Shown here: piece by piece, positions 1 through 10,267 of the stretch
Layout of the letters: every line of letters begins with the position of its first letter
How positions within the stretch are numbered: position 1 is the first letter of the stretch
Assembly: GCA_946578345.1 (NCBI GenBank)
Contig: CAMOBD010000001.1
Location: 477-64,476 of the forward strand
DNA: 64,000 nucleotides
From: an uncultured Clostridium sp.
Lineage (GTDB): Bacteria; Bacillota; Clostridia; TANB77; CAG-508
Direction of reading: 5' to 3'
Notes under the pieces: generated by a model
Told to the model about the DNA's origin: nothing
Seen by the model: the letters and a program-made list of their open reading frames with translations, nothing else
Databases searched by the model: none
Made by a program: the position numbers and the translations under genes

Positions 1-2
1 TT

Positions 3-320
3 ATGCCATTAGGTTTTTTACTTCCATATATTTGGAGAAATTATAGAAACATATATAAAATTGCTATAATAGGATTATTATTTTCATTATTTATTGAAGT
101 TTCACAAATACCTACTAATAGAGCAGTAGACATTGATGATTTAATAACGAATACAATTGGTGCAGTTTTTGGATATACTATCTGGAAGGGGATAGGAAAA
201 GTATTATTTAATAAAAATGAAGAAAAGAGAATACAAGATTTATCTAAAATTGAACCTATAATTTATATTGTATCAGCTTGTGCATTACACTTTTTCTATA
301 ATTGGAAGTGGTTTATCTAA
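3..320 (+). CDS. VanZ-like family membrane protein, C-terminal part (5' end lies outside the window)
   Basis: The ORF runs off the window start. Hydrophobic segments and the 'DIDDLITNTIGAVFGYTIW' motif are typical of VanZ-like proteins, and it resembles the second VanZ-like ORF at 5794-6324. Confidence 0.45.
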   Translation: MPLGFLLPYIWRNYRNIYKIAIIGLLFSLFIEVSQIPTNRAVDIDDLITNTIGAVFGYTIWKGIGKVLFNKNEEKRIQDLSKIEPIIYIVSACALHFFYNWKWFI

Positions 321-512
321 TAAAAAAATTATAAGTATAAAACTAGATAATTAATAGAAAATTATCTGGTTTTTATGTTATAATCATCTTGATAAATAAC
401 AATTTGAATGTAAATCAATTATAAAAAGGATTTAGTGCAAAATACTAAATCCTATTCTAATGTGTTCATACATATCTCTTAACTAATAAAAGATAGCAAA
501 AGCTATCTTTAT

Positions 513-755
513 CTATTCTAATATTGGTTTTATTTCCGTATTATAGTCTATATCTAAAACATTGCATAGAGCAACTAATTCAAAATCTTTTACAATACTT
601 ATTCCTTTTTCCATTCTATAGAGTTCAACTCTATGTATATCAATTCCATATAATTGTACTCTTCTACAAACTTCTTCTTTTGAGAAACCTTTTTTATTTC
701 GATGTTCTAATAGAAGATTGCCAATTATATTTGCTTTATTATTATATTTTTTCAA
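513..755 (-). CDS. XRE-family helix-turn-helix transcriptional regulator
   Basis: An 80-aa ORF with an N-terminal HTH_3-like segment (GNLLLEHRNKKGFSKEEV) on a small DNA-binding protein. Confidence 0.5.
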   Translation of the reverse strand: MKKYNNKANIIGNLLLEHRNKKGFSKEEVCRRVQLYGIDIHRVELYRMEKGISIVKDFELVALCNVLDIDYNTEIKPILE

Positions 756-957
756 GAAAATCCCTCACTAATTCTTTTTTTATTGATTTTATTACAAATT
801 TTGTGATAAACTGTAACAGAACCTAACGGTTTTGGGTTATTTTATCCATTTTTTTTACAAATATAAGTAAAATGAGGAAATATTGAGATTAGAAATATTT
901 AGAGAAAATAAAAAAGCTAACAATATACCACCATATAATGCTAGCTTTAAAGAATAT

Positions 958-1272
958 TTATTTTGTATTTAGTAAAACTGTAATCATTTTATTTATAACA
1001 GATTTATCTCTATCTGTTAAAAGTTCATATTGGTCGATAATATCAGGGGACTTGATAAGGTCTTTGAACAATCTAATAGAAGAACAATTTGCAGTATTAC
1101 AAATATTTATGGCATTATCTATACTTATTCCAGCTTTTCCTGTTTCTACTTGTGATAAAAACTGTGCATTGATATTTAATTTTTCTGCAAAATCTTCTTG
1201 AGTTAAATCAAGGTCTTTTCTAATATTCTTAATATTACGACCTATAATTATACTATTATCTAAATTTGCCAT
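958..1272 (-). CDS. XRE-family helix-turn-helix transcriptional regulator
   Basis: A 104-aa ORF whose 'IGRNIKNIRKDLDLTQEDFAEKLNINAQFLSQVETGKAGISIDN' segment is a classic Cro/C1-type HTH. Confidence 0.55.
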   Translation of the reverse strand: MANLDNSIIIGRNIKNIRKDLDLTQEDFAEKLNINAQFLSQVETGKAGISIDNAINICNTANCSSIRLFKDLIKSPDIIDQYELLTDRDKSVINKMITVLLNTK

Positions 1273-1472
1273 TATTTCACCCCATTTAATAGTATAATAA
1301 AATTTTAACTAAAAATGAAATAGACAATATATATAATTTAGTGATAAAATTATAGGTAATAACTATATAATAATGGGTAATTTAGTTAAAAAATCGAGTT
1401 GGCAGATATAGAATAAAGCGTAAAGTTAACTTTATAACTATATCTAAAAATTTTATGAACGGAGGTGAAAAA

Positions 1473-2108
1473 ATGTACTATTTAATTATCGCATTACTTT
1501 TTATTATTATTGTTATGTTTGGAGTAATGATAGAGCAAAAGAAAAAATATAAGTTTGAATTAACCAGAAAAAATAGAGAAATCGCATTAATTATGAAAAA
1601 ATGTAATTTTTATAAAAATGAATACGAGGAATTACAAAAAACTTTTAAAACAAACATTGAAATATCTGCAGCAAATGATTTTGAGCCTTTTGACAAAATG
1701 AAATATAATCCTATATATAAAGGCAAAAGAGCATTAGTTGGAGATTATTTGGCTTGTTCTTATATTTTTACAAAAAAGGCTTTAGAAAGTCTTGGATTTG
1801 AAGTTACTATTGCTTATACTAAAGCCGAAGTAATAAGAAGAATAAAGAATAATGAAAAATATGACATAATATTTAGCAATAATGTGTACGATGATGGTTC
1901 AGGGCCACAGTGTTTTGAAGAATTAAAAAAAATTGAAGGATTTAATACACCAGTTGTAATTCATACTGTTACAAAAAATGCAAAATTTCATTTTGTAGTT
2001 GAACTAGGTTTTGATGGCTATATTGAAAAACCAGTTACACAATCCAAATTAATACCTGTTCTAGAAAAATTGTTACAAGGAGGAAATAATGAGACCAAAA
2101 ACATTTAA
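1473..2108 (+). CDS. Membrane-anchored receiver-like (CheY-fold) domain protein with a non-canonical acceptor site
   Basis: A GGAGGTG RBS sits upstream of the ATG at 1473. There is an N-terminal TM helix and a C-terminal half that follows the receiver pattern (…IIFSNNVYDDGSG…PVVIHTV…GFDGYIEKPV) with the conserved T and K, but the phospho-acceptor Asp position appears to be N or S. Confidence 0.35.
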   Translation: MYYLIIALLFIIIVMFGVMIEQKKKYKFELTRKNREIALIMKKCNFYKNEYEELQKTFKTNIEISAANDFEPFDKMKYNPIYKGKRALVGDYLACSYIFTKKALESLGFEVTIAYTKAEVIRRIKNNEKYDIIFSNNVYDDGSGPQCFEELKKIEGFNTPVVIHTVTKNAKFHFVVELGFDGYIEKPVTQSKLIPVLEKLLQGGNNETKNI

Positions 2109-2454
2109 AATAATTTATATGTTAGATGGAAAAACAATGAATACACAATGTTCTATTTATTATTTACACAAGTATATTGATAAACCCATTGAAGATGGAT
2201 CAAGAATTATATGTATTTTTGCAAATAATGTTAAATCAAATAAGCCTTTGGATTCTAATGGTGAAGAGAAAAACAAATACTATAATTCAAGATATAATTA
2301 TTATTATAGACAATATAAAAGTAACAAGATAGATGAAGATATGTTTAATAGAATAAAAATAAAGCTAAAAGAATTAAAAGAAAATTGTAATGATAAAAAA
2401 GAATTTTTAGATGAATTTACTATATTTGCAAAGGAAATAATAAGGAAAGGGTAG
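2089..2454 (+). CDS. Hypothetical protein, translationally coupled to the upstream gene
   Basis: An ORF with a GGAGG RBS that overlaps the upstream stop, no recognisable domain, and lysine/asparagine-rich composition. Confidence 0.3.
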   Translation: MRPKTFKIIYMLDGKTMNTQCSIYYLHKYIDKPIEDGSRIICIFANNVKSNKPLDSNGEEKNKYYNSRYNYYYRQYKSNKIDEDMFNRIKIKLKELKENCNDKKEFLDEFTIFAKEIIRKG

Positions 2455-2460
2455 ATTAGA

Positions 2461-2772
2461 TTGAAGAAATCAGTAGATGAAAATATTGTCGAAGTTTTTG
2501 ATAATATGATAAATAAAACAAATAAAAGAGAGATTTTAATTATGATAAAATCAGATATTCTTGAATTTTGTGGTGAAATTTCACCAATTGAATTAGAATT
2601 TCTTTCTGAAAACATTTATGATTATTGTTGTTTGATGGTAAACCAAATAACAGATACAAAAATAATGTGGTACATAACAAGAAAAAATGCGAAATATTAT
2701 GATCAAGTATCGGAAGGAGATAGAGAAAAATTTTGTTTTAAATTTGATTTAAAAAAATGCAAGAACTTATAA
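2461..2772 (+). CDS. Hypothetical protein
   Basis: An ORF with a TTG or downstream ATG start, in the same orientation as the upstream pair and likely in the same operon. Confidence 0.25.
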   Translation: MKKSVDENIVEVFDNMINKTNKREILIMIKSDILEFCGEISPIELEFLSENIYDYCCLMVNQITDTKIMWYITRKNAKYYDQVSEGDREKFCFKFDLKKCKNL

Positions 2773-2891
2773 AAAAATATATAAAAATATTAGAAGAAAA
2801 AAAGTAATATATATCAATTAGTAGTAAAAAATGTACCTTATATGGAAAAATAAATATAATATTTGGATATATATATCATTAAATAATATAA

Positions 2892-2930
2892 ATCATAAAT
2901 TTTCTTAATTGGGAATTTATGATTTTTTTT
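2892..2930 (+). terminator. Putative rho-independent terminator: AT-rich 10-bp stem plus T8
   Basis: The inverted repeat atcataaatt…aatttatgat is followed by tttttttt. Confidence 0.3.
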
Positions 2931-2963
2931 GCATAAAAAAAGCAGATACACTGCTGCATCTGC
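2931..2963 (-). terminator. Putative rho-independent terminator for the minus-strand gene at 3050-3580
   Basis: A gcagat…atctgc stem is followed by a T-run on the minus strand. Confidence 0.3.
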
Positions 2964-3049
2964 TAAAAGATTTAGTAATATATAAATATATGAATCATTT
3001 TATATATTGAAGATATTTATATCATTAAAACCTTAAAAAATCAATATTT

Positions 3050-3580
3050 TTATTCATTTTCTAAAAAATATTCGTCGTATTCATCTTCTGTAATTTCATC
3101 ATTTACTACATCTAAATCAGGGTAAGTACAATATAAAAAAGGTATATCGCAAGTTATTTTCTCTACATCTTCCCTATCGGGAAACGCTAAAATTAATCTA
3201 TCTGCTTTAGGGAGTGTTAGGGGAGAATTAATTAATTTTATAATTCCCTTTTTGTTACCTTCATCAGCAACAATTATATGATATAGTAAATTGTCTTTTG
3301 TTAAAAATGTTATATATATTGGAAAATTGCCTTTATGAAATGTTACAAATCTTCCTTTATATCTGCATAATATATCTAATGCTACTAACATATTATCATC
3401 TATCTTTTGTGTATTATGAACTAATATATTTCCTTTTTTGCTTATTGCATTACTTGATATTATACTTTTAAAATTATTATTATATTCATCAAATAGTCTT
3501 TGTAAGTGTTCTATTTTAGTAGCACCAAAATCTTGTATAAAATTTATTATTTTAGTATCTTTTTCTTTTATTTTAACCAC
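3050..3580 (-). CDS. Hypothetical protein with an acidic C-terminus
   Basis: A 176-aa ORF four bases downstream of the S1-domain gene, which suggests an operon. Confidence 0.3.
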   Translation of the reverse strand: MVKIKEKDTKIINFIQDFGATKIEHLQRLFDEYNNNFKSIISSNAISKKGNILVHNTQKIDDNMLVALDILCRYKGRFVTFHKGNFPIYITFLTKDNLLYHIIVADEGNKKGIIKLINSPLTLPKADRLILAFPDREDVEKITCDIPFLYCTYPDLDVVNDEITEDEYDEYFLENE

Positions 3581-3589
3581 CTTCCCTTA

Positions 3590-4384
3590 TTAAATTATTC
3601 TCATTAAGTAACCATATATTAATTTTTTATCTTCCTTGATTTCACTAATTTTTATCAACACATTGTCTTGGTAATGTGGATAATTATTAAAACGAGGTGG
3701 GACTCTTGCAAGAACACTAACCTTTGAATTATCTAATTGGACTATTATTCCACTATTTTGTTTTGGAAAAGCTATTACTTTTCCTGTATATTCTCCACTT
3801 TCAACAATATATTTTCTGATATTCTTAAATGGATTTTCAATAAAATCTTTTGCAGATAATTCAAATTCATTTTTTTCAATATCTATTTTCTTTATTCTAA
3901 CCTTTAAATATTCTCCTGGAGAATAATAATCTTTACAATTGACAATATAGGTATGTTGTAGATTATCAGCTTTTATAATTATCTCTTTTCCATATAATTC
4001 TACTATAATATGCTTAATTCCAACTGCTAAAATTCTCACTCTAACAACATCATTTTCTTTTAGTTTTTGAAATTCTATTTGTGATCGTAATATCATTGCA
4101 TCTTTTCTACTTGCTATTGCAATATTACTAGTAGAATCTATTTCTATTACAATAAAGTCTATTTCTGCGCCTAACATTCCTCTTATCATTGATTTATTTA
4201 TTTTCTCTATTCCTAAGTGTGTACAAGGAATTAAAACTTTTATTCCACCATACCATACTATTGCACAAGAAATTTTTTTACCTTTTAATTTGTAATATTC
4301 ATCTTCAATTCCACTTATTTTACCTGTTAATATTCTCTTTTCTTCTTTACTTCTCAATAATTCCTTTGTTGTTAAGTTCTCCAA
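3590..4384 (-). CDS. S1/OB-fold RNA-binding domain protein with three S1-like repeats
   Basis: Three segments follow the S1 pattern: G.I.GI.dyG.fV.l. .G…G.lH.s. Confidence 0.4.
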   Translation of the reverse strand: MENLTTKELLRSKEEKRILTGKISGIEDEYYKLKGKKISCAIVWYGGIKVLIPCTHLGIEKINKSMIRGMLGAEIDFIVIEIDSTSNIAIASRKDAMILRSQIEFQKLKENDVVRVRILAVGIKHIIVELYGKEIIIKADNLQHTYIVNCKDYYSPGEYLKVRIKKIDIEKNEFELSAKDFIENPFKNIRKYIVESGEYTGKVIAFPKQNSGIIVQLDNSKVSVLARVPPRFNNYPHYQDNVLIKISEIKEDKKLIYGYLMRII

Positions 4385-4463
4385 TTTCTCACCTCCAATT
4401 AAAAAGCACTTACCTTTAAAGTAAATGCCATAATCATTTTAATTAATTAAATTGTAATTTGTA

Positions 4464-5072
4464 TTACTGATAATTTTTTATTTTATCAGCATATTTTTCT
4501 ATTAAGTCTTCTGTATAAACTTTTGCTTTTGTTGAATTACGAACTTCATTCCATAAAATTGAAGCAATTTTTATTTTGTTTTTATATACTGAATTTCTTT
4601 CATCTGCACAAAAATCTTTTAAAAATTTATTCCATTCGCAAGACGAATTATCATATTTTGCATATTCTTTTTTACCATAATAAACATCAAGCATATCTTG
4701 AATTGTAAAGTTTGTATCATTAGTCTTTTTTATAACTCTCCAAGTAGTAGCCATATCAGCATTAAACTTGAAATTATCTATATTTGTTAATTTTGAAAAA
4801 TATTCTCTAAATTTCTGATTAAAAGAAAAACCACATTCTAATAATTTAGAATCTAAACTTATAGAAGATTCCTTAATCTTATTAACCTTATATGTTTTAT
4901 CTTTTATTATGTTTCCATTATAATATTGTTCTATATAATAATTCAATTCTTGTTTTGTTCCAGTATTGGCAACACCTATTTTTTTACATATCTGTTTTAG
5001 TTCTTCTCTATACCAATAATATTTAGAAAATTCTTGGTAATCTTTTATATTTTCAAATATTGGTCTTTCCAT
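4464..5072 (-). CDS. Hypothetical protein with a SAP-like N-terminal motif
   Basis: A 202-aa ORF whose 'LKQICKKIGVANTGTKQELNYYI' segment resembles a SAP DNA-binding motif. Confidence 0.3.
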   Translation of the reverse strand: MERPIFENIKDYQEFSKYYWYREELKQICKKIGVANTGTKQELNYYIEQYYNGNIIKDKTYKVNKIKESSISLDSKLLECGFSFNQKFREYFSKLTNIDNFKFNADMATTWRVIKKTNDTNFTIQDMLDVYYGKKEYAKYDNSSCEWNKFLKDFCADERNSVYKNKIKIASILWNEVRNSTKAKVYTEDLIEKYADKIKNYQ

Positions 5073-5166
5073 ATTCCACTCACTTTCAAATTACTATTTT
5101 TATTATCATATCATAAAAAGAAAAATTACTCTATACTTTCGTATAAAGTAATTTTAAAATCGTAAT

Positions 5167-5679
5167 TTATATTGTTGATAGTATGAAAGCAATAAAATTT
5201 GCAACGAATGGGATAATCATACACCAAGCCCACAATAATAAGTTTTTATCATTAGTTTGTTTATATTTATAAAAATAGACAACTGCTGAAAATCCAAATA
5301 ATAAAGTTGTGTAGCCAGAACATTCTAAATCTTTAATGAGAGAATATACAATAATAATTGTAATTGTTAATAATATAAATACAGTTCCAATAGTAACACT
5401 TTTATAGTGATTGAACTCTGATAATTTTATAAGATTTTCTTCTGACTTTTCTTTTATTTTATCTTCTGGTATTTTTTCACCTGATAAAATATCATTTACA
5501 CTAACATTTAGTATTTCACTTAAAGGTTTTAAAAGCGACATATCCATTAAGCAAATTCCTCTTTCCCACTTGCTAACTGCATTTTTGCTTATATTTAATC
5601 TTTCTGCTAATTGCTCTTGAGTTAGTTTTTTATCTTTACGACAACTTGCAATAAATTGACCTATTTTTACTTTATCCAT
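5167..5679 (-). CDS. XRE-family HTH regulator with C-terminal transmembrane segments
   Basis: A GAGGTGG RBS precedes the MDKVKIG start. The N-terminal HTH reads 'CRKDKKLTQEQLAERLNISKNAVSKWERG', and two or three C-terminal TM helices follow. Confidence 0.5.
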   Translation of the reverse strand: MDKVKIGQFIASCRKDKKLTQEQLAERLNISKNAVSKWERGICLMDMSLLKPLSEILNVSVNDILSGEKIPEDKIKEKSEENLIKLSEFNHYKSVTIGTVFILLTITIIIVYSLIKDLECSGYTTLLFGFSAVVYFYKYKQTNDKNLLLWAWCMIIPFVANFIAFILSTI

Positions 5680-5793
5680 ACTTACCACCTCTTTATTAAC
5701 AATTTAGCATAAAAATTATTTATTTTCCACACACTATAGGTTTATTTTAAAAAAAACATACCTACAGTTTACTTATTAAATTGTAATTTGTCT

Positions 5794-6324
5794 TTATTTC
5801 TCTTTTATATAACTTAATATTTTAGTTGTTAATGGTTTAAATATTAAATACAATATATATCCAATAATTCCTCCAAATATATTAGTTACTAAATCAGTTA
5901 TATCTGATGATCTAAAATCATTTATTAATGGTTGCAATATCTCAATACCTAAACTCAATAAGAATGTATATAATACTATTTTCATTAAGTTTATTCTTTT
6001 ATTTTTGATAAGTGGTAATAAAAATCCAAACGGAATTGTCATTACAATATTTAATACTACTTGTCTAATAAAATCTCCTCGACCAGTCGAAATATCAATG
6101 AAAGGCACTAAATTCATTGGAACATAAGAGTGATTAAATACAAATGGCAAAGATGTGATTATAGGCATTAAAGTAAAATACAATACAAAAGATAAATATA
6201 TATACATTATAGTATTTATAAATAAGATATCTTTTCCTTTTACTTTCCATCTTTTATAAAATATAAAAATATATAAAATAAATAAAACAACAAAATCTAC
6301 TAATTCTTTCATATCTTCCTCCAT
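5794..6324 (-). CDS. VanZ-like family membrane protein
   Basis: A multi-TM protein with 'RQVVLNIVMTIPFGFLLPLI…DITDLVTNIFGGIIGYILY', which matches the VanZ pattern and resembles the ORF at 3-320. Confidence 0.5.
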   Translation of the reverse strand: MEEDMKELVDFVVLFILYIFIFYKRWKVKGKDILFINTIMYIYLSFVLYFTLMPIITSLPFVFNHSYVPMNLVPFIDISTGRGDFIRQVVLNIVMTIPFGFLLPLIKNKRINLMKIVLYTFLLSLGIEILQPLINDFRSSDITDLVTNIFGGIIGYILYLIFKPLTTKILSYIKEK

Positions 6325-6441
6325 CTACAAATAATGTTTTATGAATTATATATAAAATAAACAAAAATAACAATTAAATATTTCTTAATTTTTTATTCTT
6401 ATCAATAAATTACTATTGTTCAAGATGATTATATCATAATA

Positions 6442-8183
6442 CTAAAAATTTTCAAAACTTCTTTTCTTTTTTCTTCTAGTAATTTTAGTAATATTCTCTC
6501 TTGGTATATGTTCTACATTTGTGTTTTTTGTCCATTCAGGCTTATAATCATAAATAGAGCTATCTTTTAACTTTTGAGCAAGCGAATGTTCAGTGTATCT
6601 TATTTTATCTAAAAGAAGTGGTTTATTACCTCTTAAAATGGTAAGCAATTTAGTTGTTGGAAGTCTTAATATTTCATCTTTATTTAATAGATTTCTTTGT
6701 ATTGAAGATATATTTTTATCTCCATATTCTAAAAGGTCACCTTCTATTGAATTAGACTTTCTAACAGACTTACTTTCTGCAGTTGAAACACCAAGTAAAT
6801 CACAAAAAAATCCGTGCTGTTAAAGTGTCTGTTGTTCCCAAGCCGAGTATTGTATCACAGTTTCCAATTATTTCATCGGACATTTTATTAGGATAACGGC
6901 TGTCGAGTTGGCCGTTTATTTTGTGTTATTACTATTAGTCCGTATGCCGTCTACTTCTAACCGTGCTAATTTTCTTATTAAAATCAGGTATTTGTCCGTA
7001 TATTTGCAAATTCATCTAAAAAACAGAAAACATCAACATCACATTTTCCATTTGGTCTTGAATCTGCAAATCTAACTAACTTGATAAAAAGAAATGTATA
7101 AAATAAAGAGCTTAAGAAATCGTAAGCTCCATTCATATCATCTGTTACAACATAGTAAATGCAAGGCTTTTTAGCAGGTAAAGTCAAATCAATATCACTA
7201 GCAGAAGTTAATCGTTGTAAATCTTCATTTTGAAATGTCTGTAATCGAGTTCCAAGACCTGTAATAACACTTGCCTTTATAGTATCACTACCACTTGCAA
7301 ATATATTGTAACTCATTTTAGCAGGATGTTCATTCGGTAATCCCTTGAATATGGCATCTATTTCATTTATATCGCCACCTGCAATTTTTTTATAAATATT
7401 AGTCAAATTATTTTGGTCAACAAGTATTTGTAAAAAATAAAAAAGAAATGCTTTTAATAAATTTTCTTCCGCTCTTGGCCAAAACTCATCTTTACCACTT
7501 TTCTTTTGAGTATTCGATATAATGACATTTGCGCTCATTTGAACATCATTAATATTTTCATTTTCTGCAAGAGGATTCCAACGGTCAGAATGACGCATGT
7601 CTTTTAAGTTTAAAACTCTTACAGTATAATTGATACTTTTAAAATAACTAGAAGTAGTCCTGTATATTTCAGCTTTTGGATCAGTTACAATAATTGATTT
7701 TCTATATTTAGAAAGTTCTAGTAAATTTGTTAGTAGAAAAGCTGTAGTTTTCATACTTCCACTACTACCAAATACGCATATATTTTTATTGAAATAGCTG
7801 TTAAGTGGTATTTTTACTATATTCTCATTATATTTTCCTAAAATAATACCCGGTACATCATCTATTGATAAAACTTCTTTTATTTCATTTTCTGGCATCC
7901 AGTCAGAAGTTCCATAAGTCCCATTTTCAGGTTTGAAAATAATGCCTTTATTTTCACTTTTACCTTTTGAGATAACAAGTAATATGTCTAATATAATTAA
8001 AATGGAAATAAAGGCAATTGTGAATGAAATAATGGCATATAATTTGTTGCTAAGGAAAATATTTTCATTAAAGCATATATTTAAAATTTCAATATATTTT
8101 TTTACATTTGTAATAATAACGATATTTAGTGTAAAAAACAAAAATAAAAATATATAAAAATATACTTTTTTATTCATATACAA
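6442..8183 (-). pseudogene. VirD4/TraG-type type IV coupling protein; full length only after removing five single-C insertions in 6810-7000
   Basis: There are N-terminal TM helices, a Walker A motif (VFGSSGSMKTTAF), a DPKAE motif and a Walker B motif (FLDEFANI). As written, the ORF stops after FLDEFANIRTNT. Deleting the C in five CGG triplets (+ strand around 6997, 6948, 6941, 6913 and 6813) gives …FLDEFANIGQIPDF…TVRSRGIGLIVITQN…, which joins the ORF at 6442-6648. Confidence 0.6.
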
Positions 8184-9087
8184 ATTTCTCTTTATCTATA
8201 TAATTTTCCAAATCAACAACAAAATAATTGCAATTTGGAAGTTCTTTAACTAACATTTCTTTTATTTCATAATTACAAAAAATATCAGCATTTTTATTCT
8301 TGTTTTCTTTTAAGAAAGATTTGATTCTATTTATTTTTTCAGTATCAAAAAAATAAAAGGTAGAAATATATCTGTTTTTATAGTCAGTGTATTCACAAAA
8401 ACTATATTCTGATAAATATATATCATTCCTTTTATATTTTGCTTTTATAATATTATACCAATCAATATTATGCAAGTATTTTAATTTTTCTCTATTTTCT
8501 TCAGTATCTTTAACAATTAATAACTGATTCATTCCAAATGTAAATTGATTTATTTTTATTCTATTCTCATCATTAGTTAAAATTATTATATTTTTATATG
8601 TTTTTTCTTTTTGTAAATCGTATATAAGCAATCTTAAATATTTGTCATTGTGTTCTTCTGTAAGGTGATATGTAAGGTATTCCATTCCATTTATCTCTAA
8701 TACACCAATAAACTTTCTTGATGTAATTGTAAATTCTTCTTTATTTTTCATGGAAAATGAAGGTATAAATTTTACATTAGCACAGTTGTAATAAAAAGCT
8801 GCCATTTTACTAATATATAGTAGTCTAGGCAAGTATTTTACATTTCGATTTAATTTGTTATATTCAAATTTAAATAGTCCAGCAAATTCAATCCCTAATT
8901 CATCCAATACAAGATGATGTGATTTTGTTCTTTTCAAATATCTTTTAGCCACCAAATTACTAATTCTTTTTTTATAATATTTCTGTGTATTAAAAAAATA
9001 TTTTGAATCTTTTACATCCAAATATTGATACTTTGATATAAATTCTAATAAAGAAATTTCTTCTGGTCCATTTGGAAAATTGCTCAA
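8170..9087 (-). CDS. Hypothetical conjugation-associated protein, possibly a relaxase or replication initiator
   Basis: A 305-aa ORF that overlaps the coupling-protein gene start by 14 nt, which suggests translational coupling. I could not verify any domain. Confidence 0.3.
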   Translation of the reverse strand: MSNFPNGPEEISLLEFISKYQYLDVKDSKYFFNTQKYYKKRISNLVAKRYLKRTKSHHLVLDELGIEFAGLFKFEYNKLNRNVKYLPRLLYISKMAAFYYNCANVKFIPSFSMKNKEEFTITSRKFIGVLEINGMEYLTYHLTEEHNDKYLRLLIYDLQKEKTYKNIIILTNDENRIKINQFTFGMNQLLIVKDTEENREKLKYLHNIDWYNIIKAKYKRNDIYLSEYSFCEYTDYKNRYISTFYFFDTEKINRIKSFLKENKNKNADIFCNYEIKEMLVKELPNCNYFVVDLENYIDKEKFVYE

Positions 9088-9289
9088 AAAAAATCACCTC
9101 CTAATAAAACATTTAATAATTCTATGAGTTGAACTTGAAGGGAAGTGATGCGACAGCTTCGCTCTCACATCCTTACCACCACCAAACCAAATAGGGATTA
9201 CAATTTATGAAAGTATTGATTTTAAAAGATTTTTTAATTTTTTTGATGTCGCAAAAAATCAAAAAATTTTTTTACCCAAAACCCTACTT

Positions 9290-9877
9290 TTAGAACTCTA
9301 CTTTTTTCAAAAATTGCTCCATTTTTTTACCATCCAATACATAAATAATTGTGTGTGGAATTTCAGAAAATTCTCCTTTGGCACAATAAAACATTTTCGA
9401 CATATTATCATCTTGTATAACTCCACTTATTATTAAAGCATCTGCAATTGGTTTTACATATTTATTATCAATGTCCCAACCTTGTATGTTATCACATACT
9501 TTGATATATATAAAAACTTCATTAGAAAATAGTCCTTTATATTGCTTGGTTATTTCTGCAACATTAAGCAATATTCTCTTATAAGTGTGTGTCTTTAAAT
9601 TCTTGAAACTTGGCAATGTTTCAGGTACATATATTTTCAACACATCATCTTTTAAATCCGTTTTGTAATTATCATCAACACTTTTAATTTTTTCATATTC
9701 AAATTCAACATTTTTATTATATTCTTTTACCTCCGACAAGAGATTATATCTTGCCTTTTCAAAATTCAATAAAAAACTTTCAATTTGTAGGTCTGTTAAA
9801 CTATTACTATTTAAAGTATTTTCTATCTGTTTATTTAAAATCTTTAATTGTTTATTTATTCTTTCATTTATAATCAT
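9290..9877 (-). CDS. RusA-like Holliday-junction resolvase domain protein with an N-terminal coiled-coil extension
   Basis: The C-terminal half carries 'GWDIDNKYVKPIADALIISGVIQDDNMSKMF', which matches the RusA DxDN…DAL..GVI.DD signature. Confidence 0.45.
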   Translation of the reverse strand: MIINERINKQLKILNKQIENTLNSNSLTDLQIESFLLNFEKARYNLLSEVKEYNKNVEFEYEKIKSVDDNYKTDLKDDVLKIYVPETLPSFKNLKTHTYKRILLNVAEITKQYKGLFSNEVFIYIKVCDNIQGWDIDNKYVKPIADALIISGVIQDDNMSKMFYCAKGEFSEIPHTIIYVLDGKKMEQFLKKVEF

Positions 9878-9933
9878 AAAAAAGTCCTTTCATTAGTAGT
9901 ATTGAAGGGCAAAAAAATAAGGAAGCAAACACA

Positions 9934-10206
9934 TTATTCTTCAGATTCTAAAAATTCTTCATATGCTTCAAATATAGCATCCGTTAAATCTTTTCTAATT
10001 TTACGATTTAGTGGGTGGGCAGTATCTCTAAAATTTCTATCACCATTTAAAACTCTTCTTGAAGGCATAGAAATAAATTTTCTACCATCTTTTTCTATAA
10101 GTGTAATTCCTCTAATCATAAATTGTTTGTCTAAAATAACATTAGCATAGGCCAATACTGGACCTCTTTGTTTTGCTTTATAAATTTTAACATTTGTAAT
10201 TTCCAT
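9934..10206 (-). CDS. spoVG: SpoVG-family protein
   Basis: A 90-aa protein. 'MEITNVKIYKAK…LAYANVILDKQFMIRGITLIEKDGRKFISMPSRRVLNGD.NFRDTAHPLN' aligns over its full length with SpoVG. Confidence 0.6.
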   Translation of the reverse strand: MEITNVKIYKAKQRGPVLAYANVILDKQFMIRGITLIEKDGRKFISMPSRRVLNGDRNFRDTAHPLNRKIRKDLTDAIFEAYEEFLESEE

Positions 10207-10267
10207 AATTTTAATCCTCCTATAAATTTATTTTGAAGGGCAATTTATAAGAAGTTACTAACTAAAT

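Noticed and set aside
6780-6983. A GC-richer 'non-coding island' after an apparently truncated coupling-protein gene. I considered a group II intron end or a small RNA.
   Set aside because: Translating through it after removing five CGG-associated Cs gives a continuous, well-conserved VirD4 C-terminus that joins the ORF at 6442-6648. It is coding sequence, not an intron or sRNA.
9934-10206. Whether the SpoVG-like ORF could be the chromosomal spoVG rather than element-borne.
   Set aside because: It is sandwiched between conjugation and adhesin genes on the same strand with short spacers, and the usual chromosomal neighbours of spoVG are absent. I kept it as element-encoded, though the module boundary is not defined.
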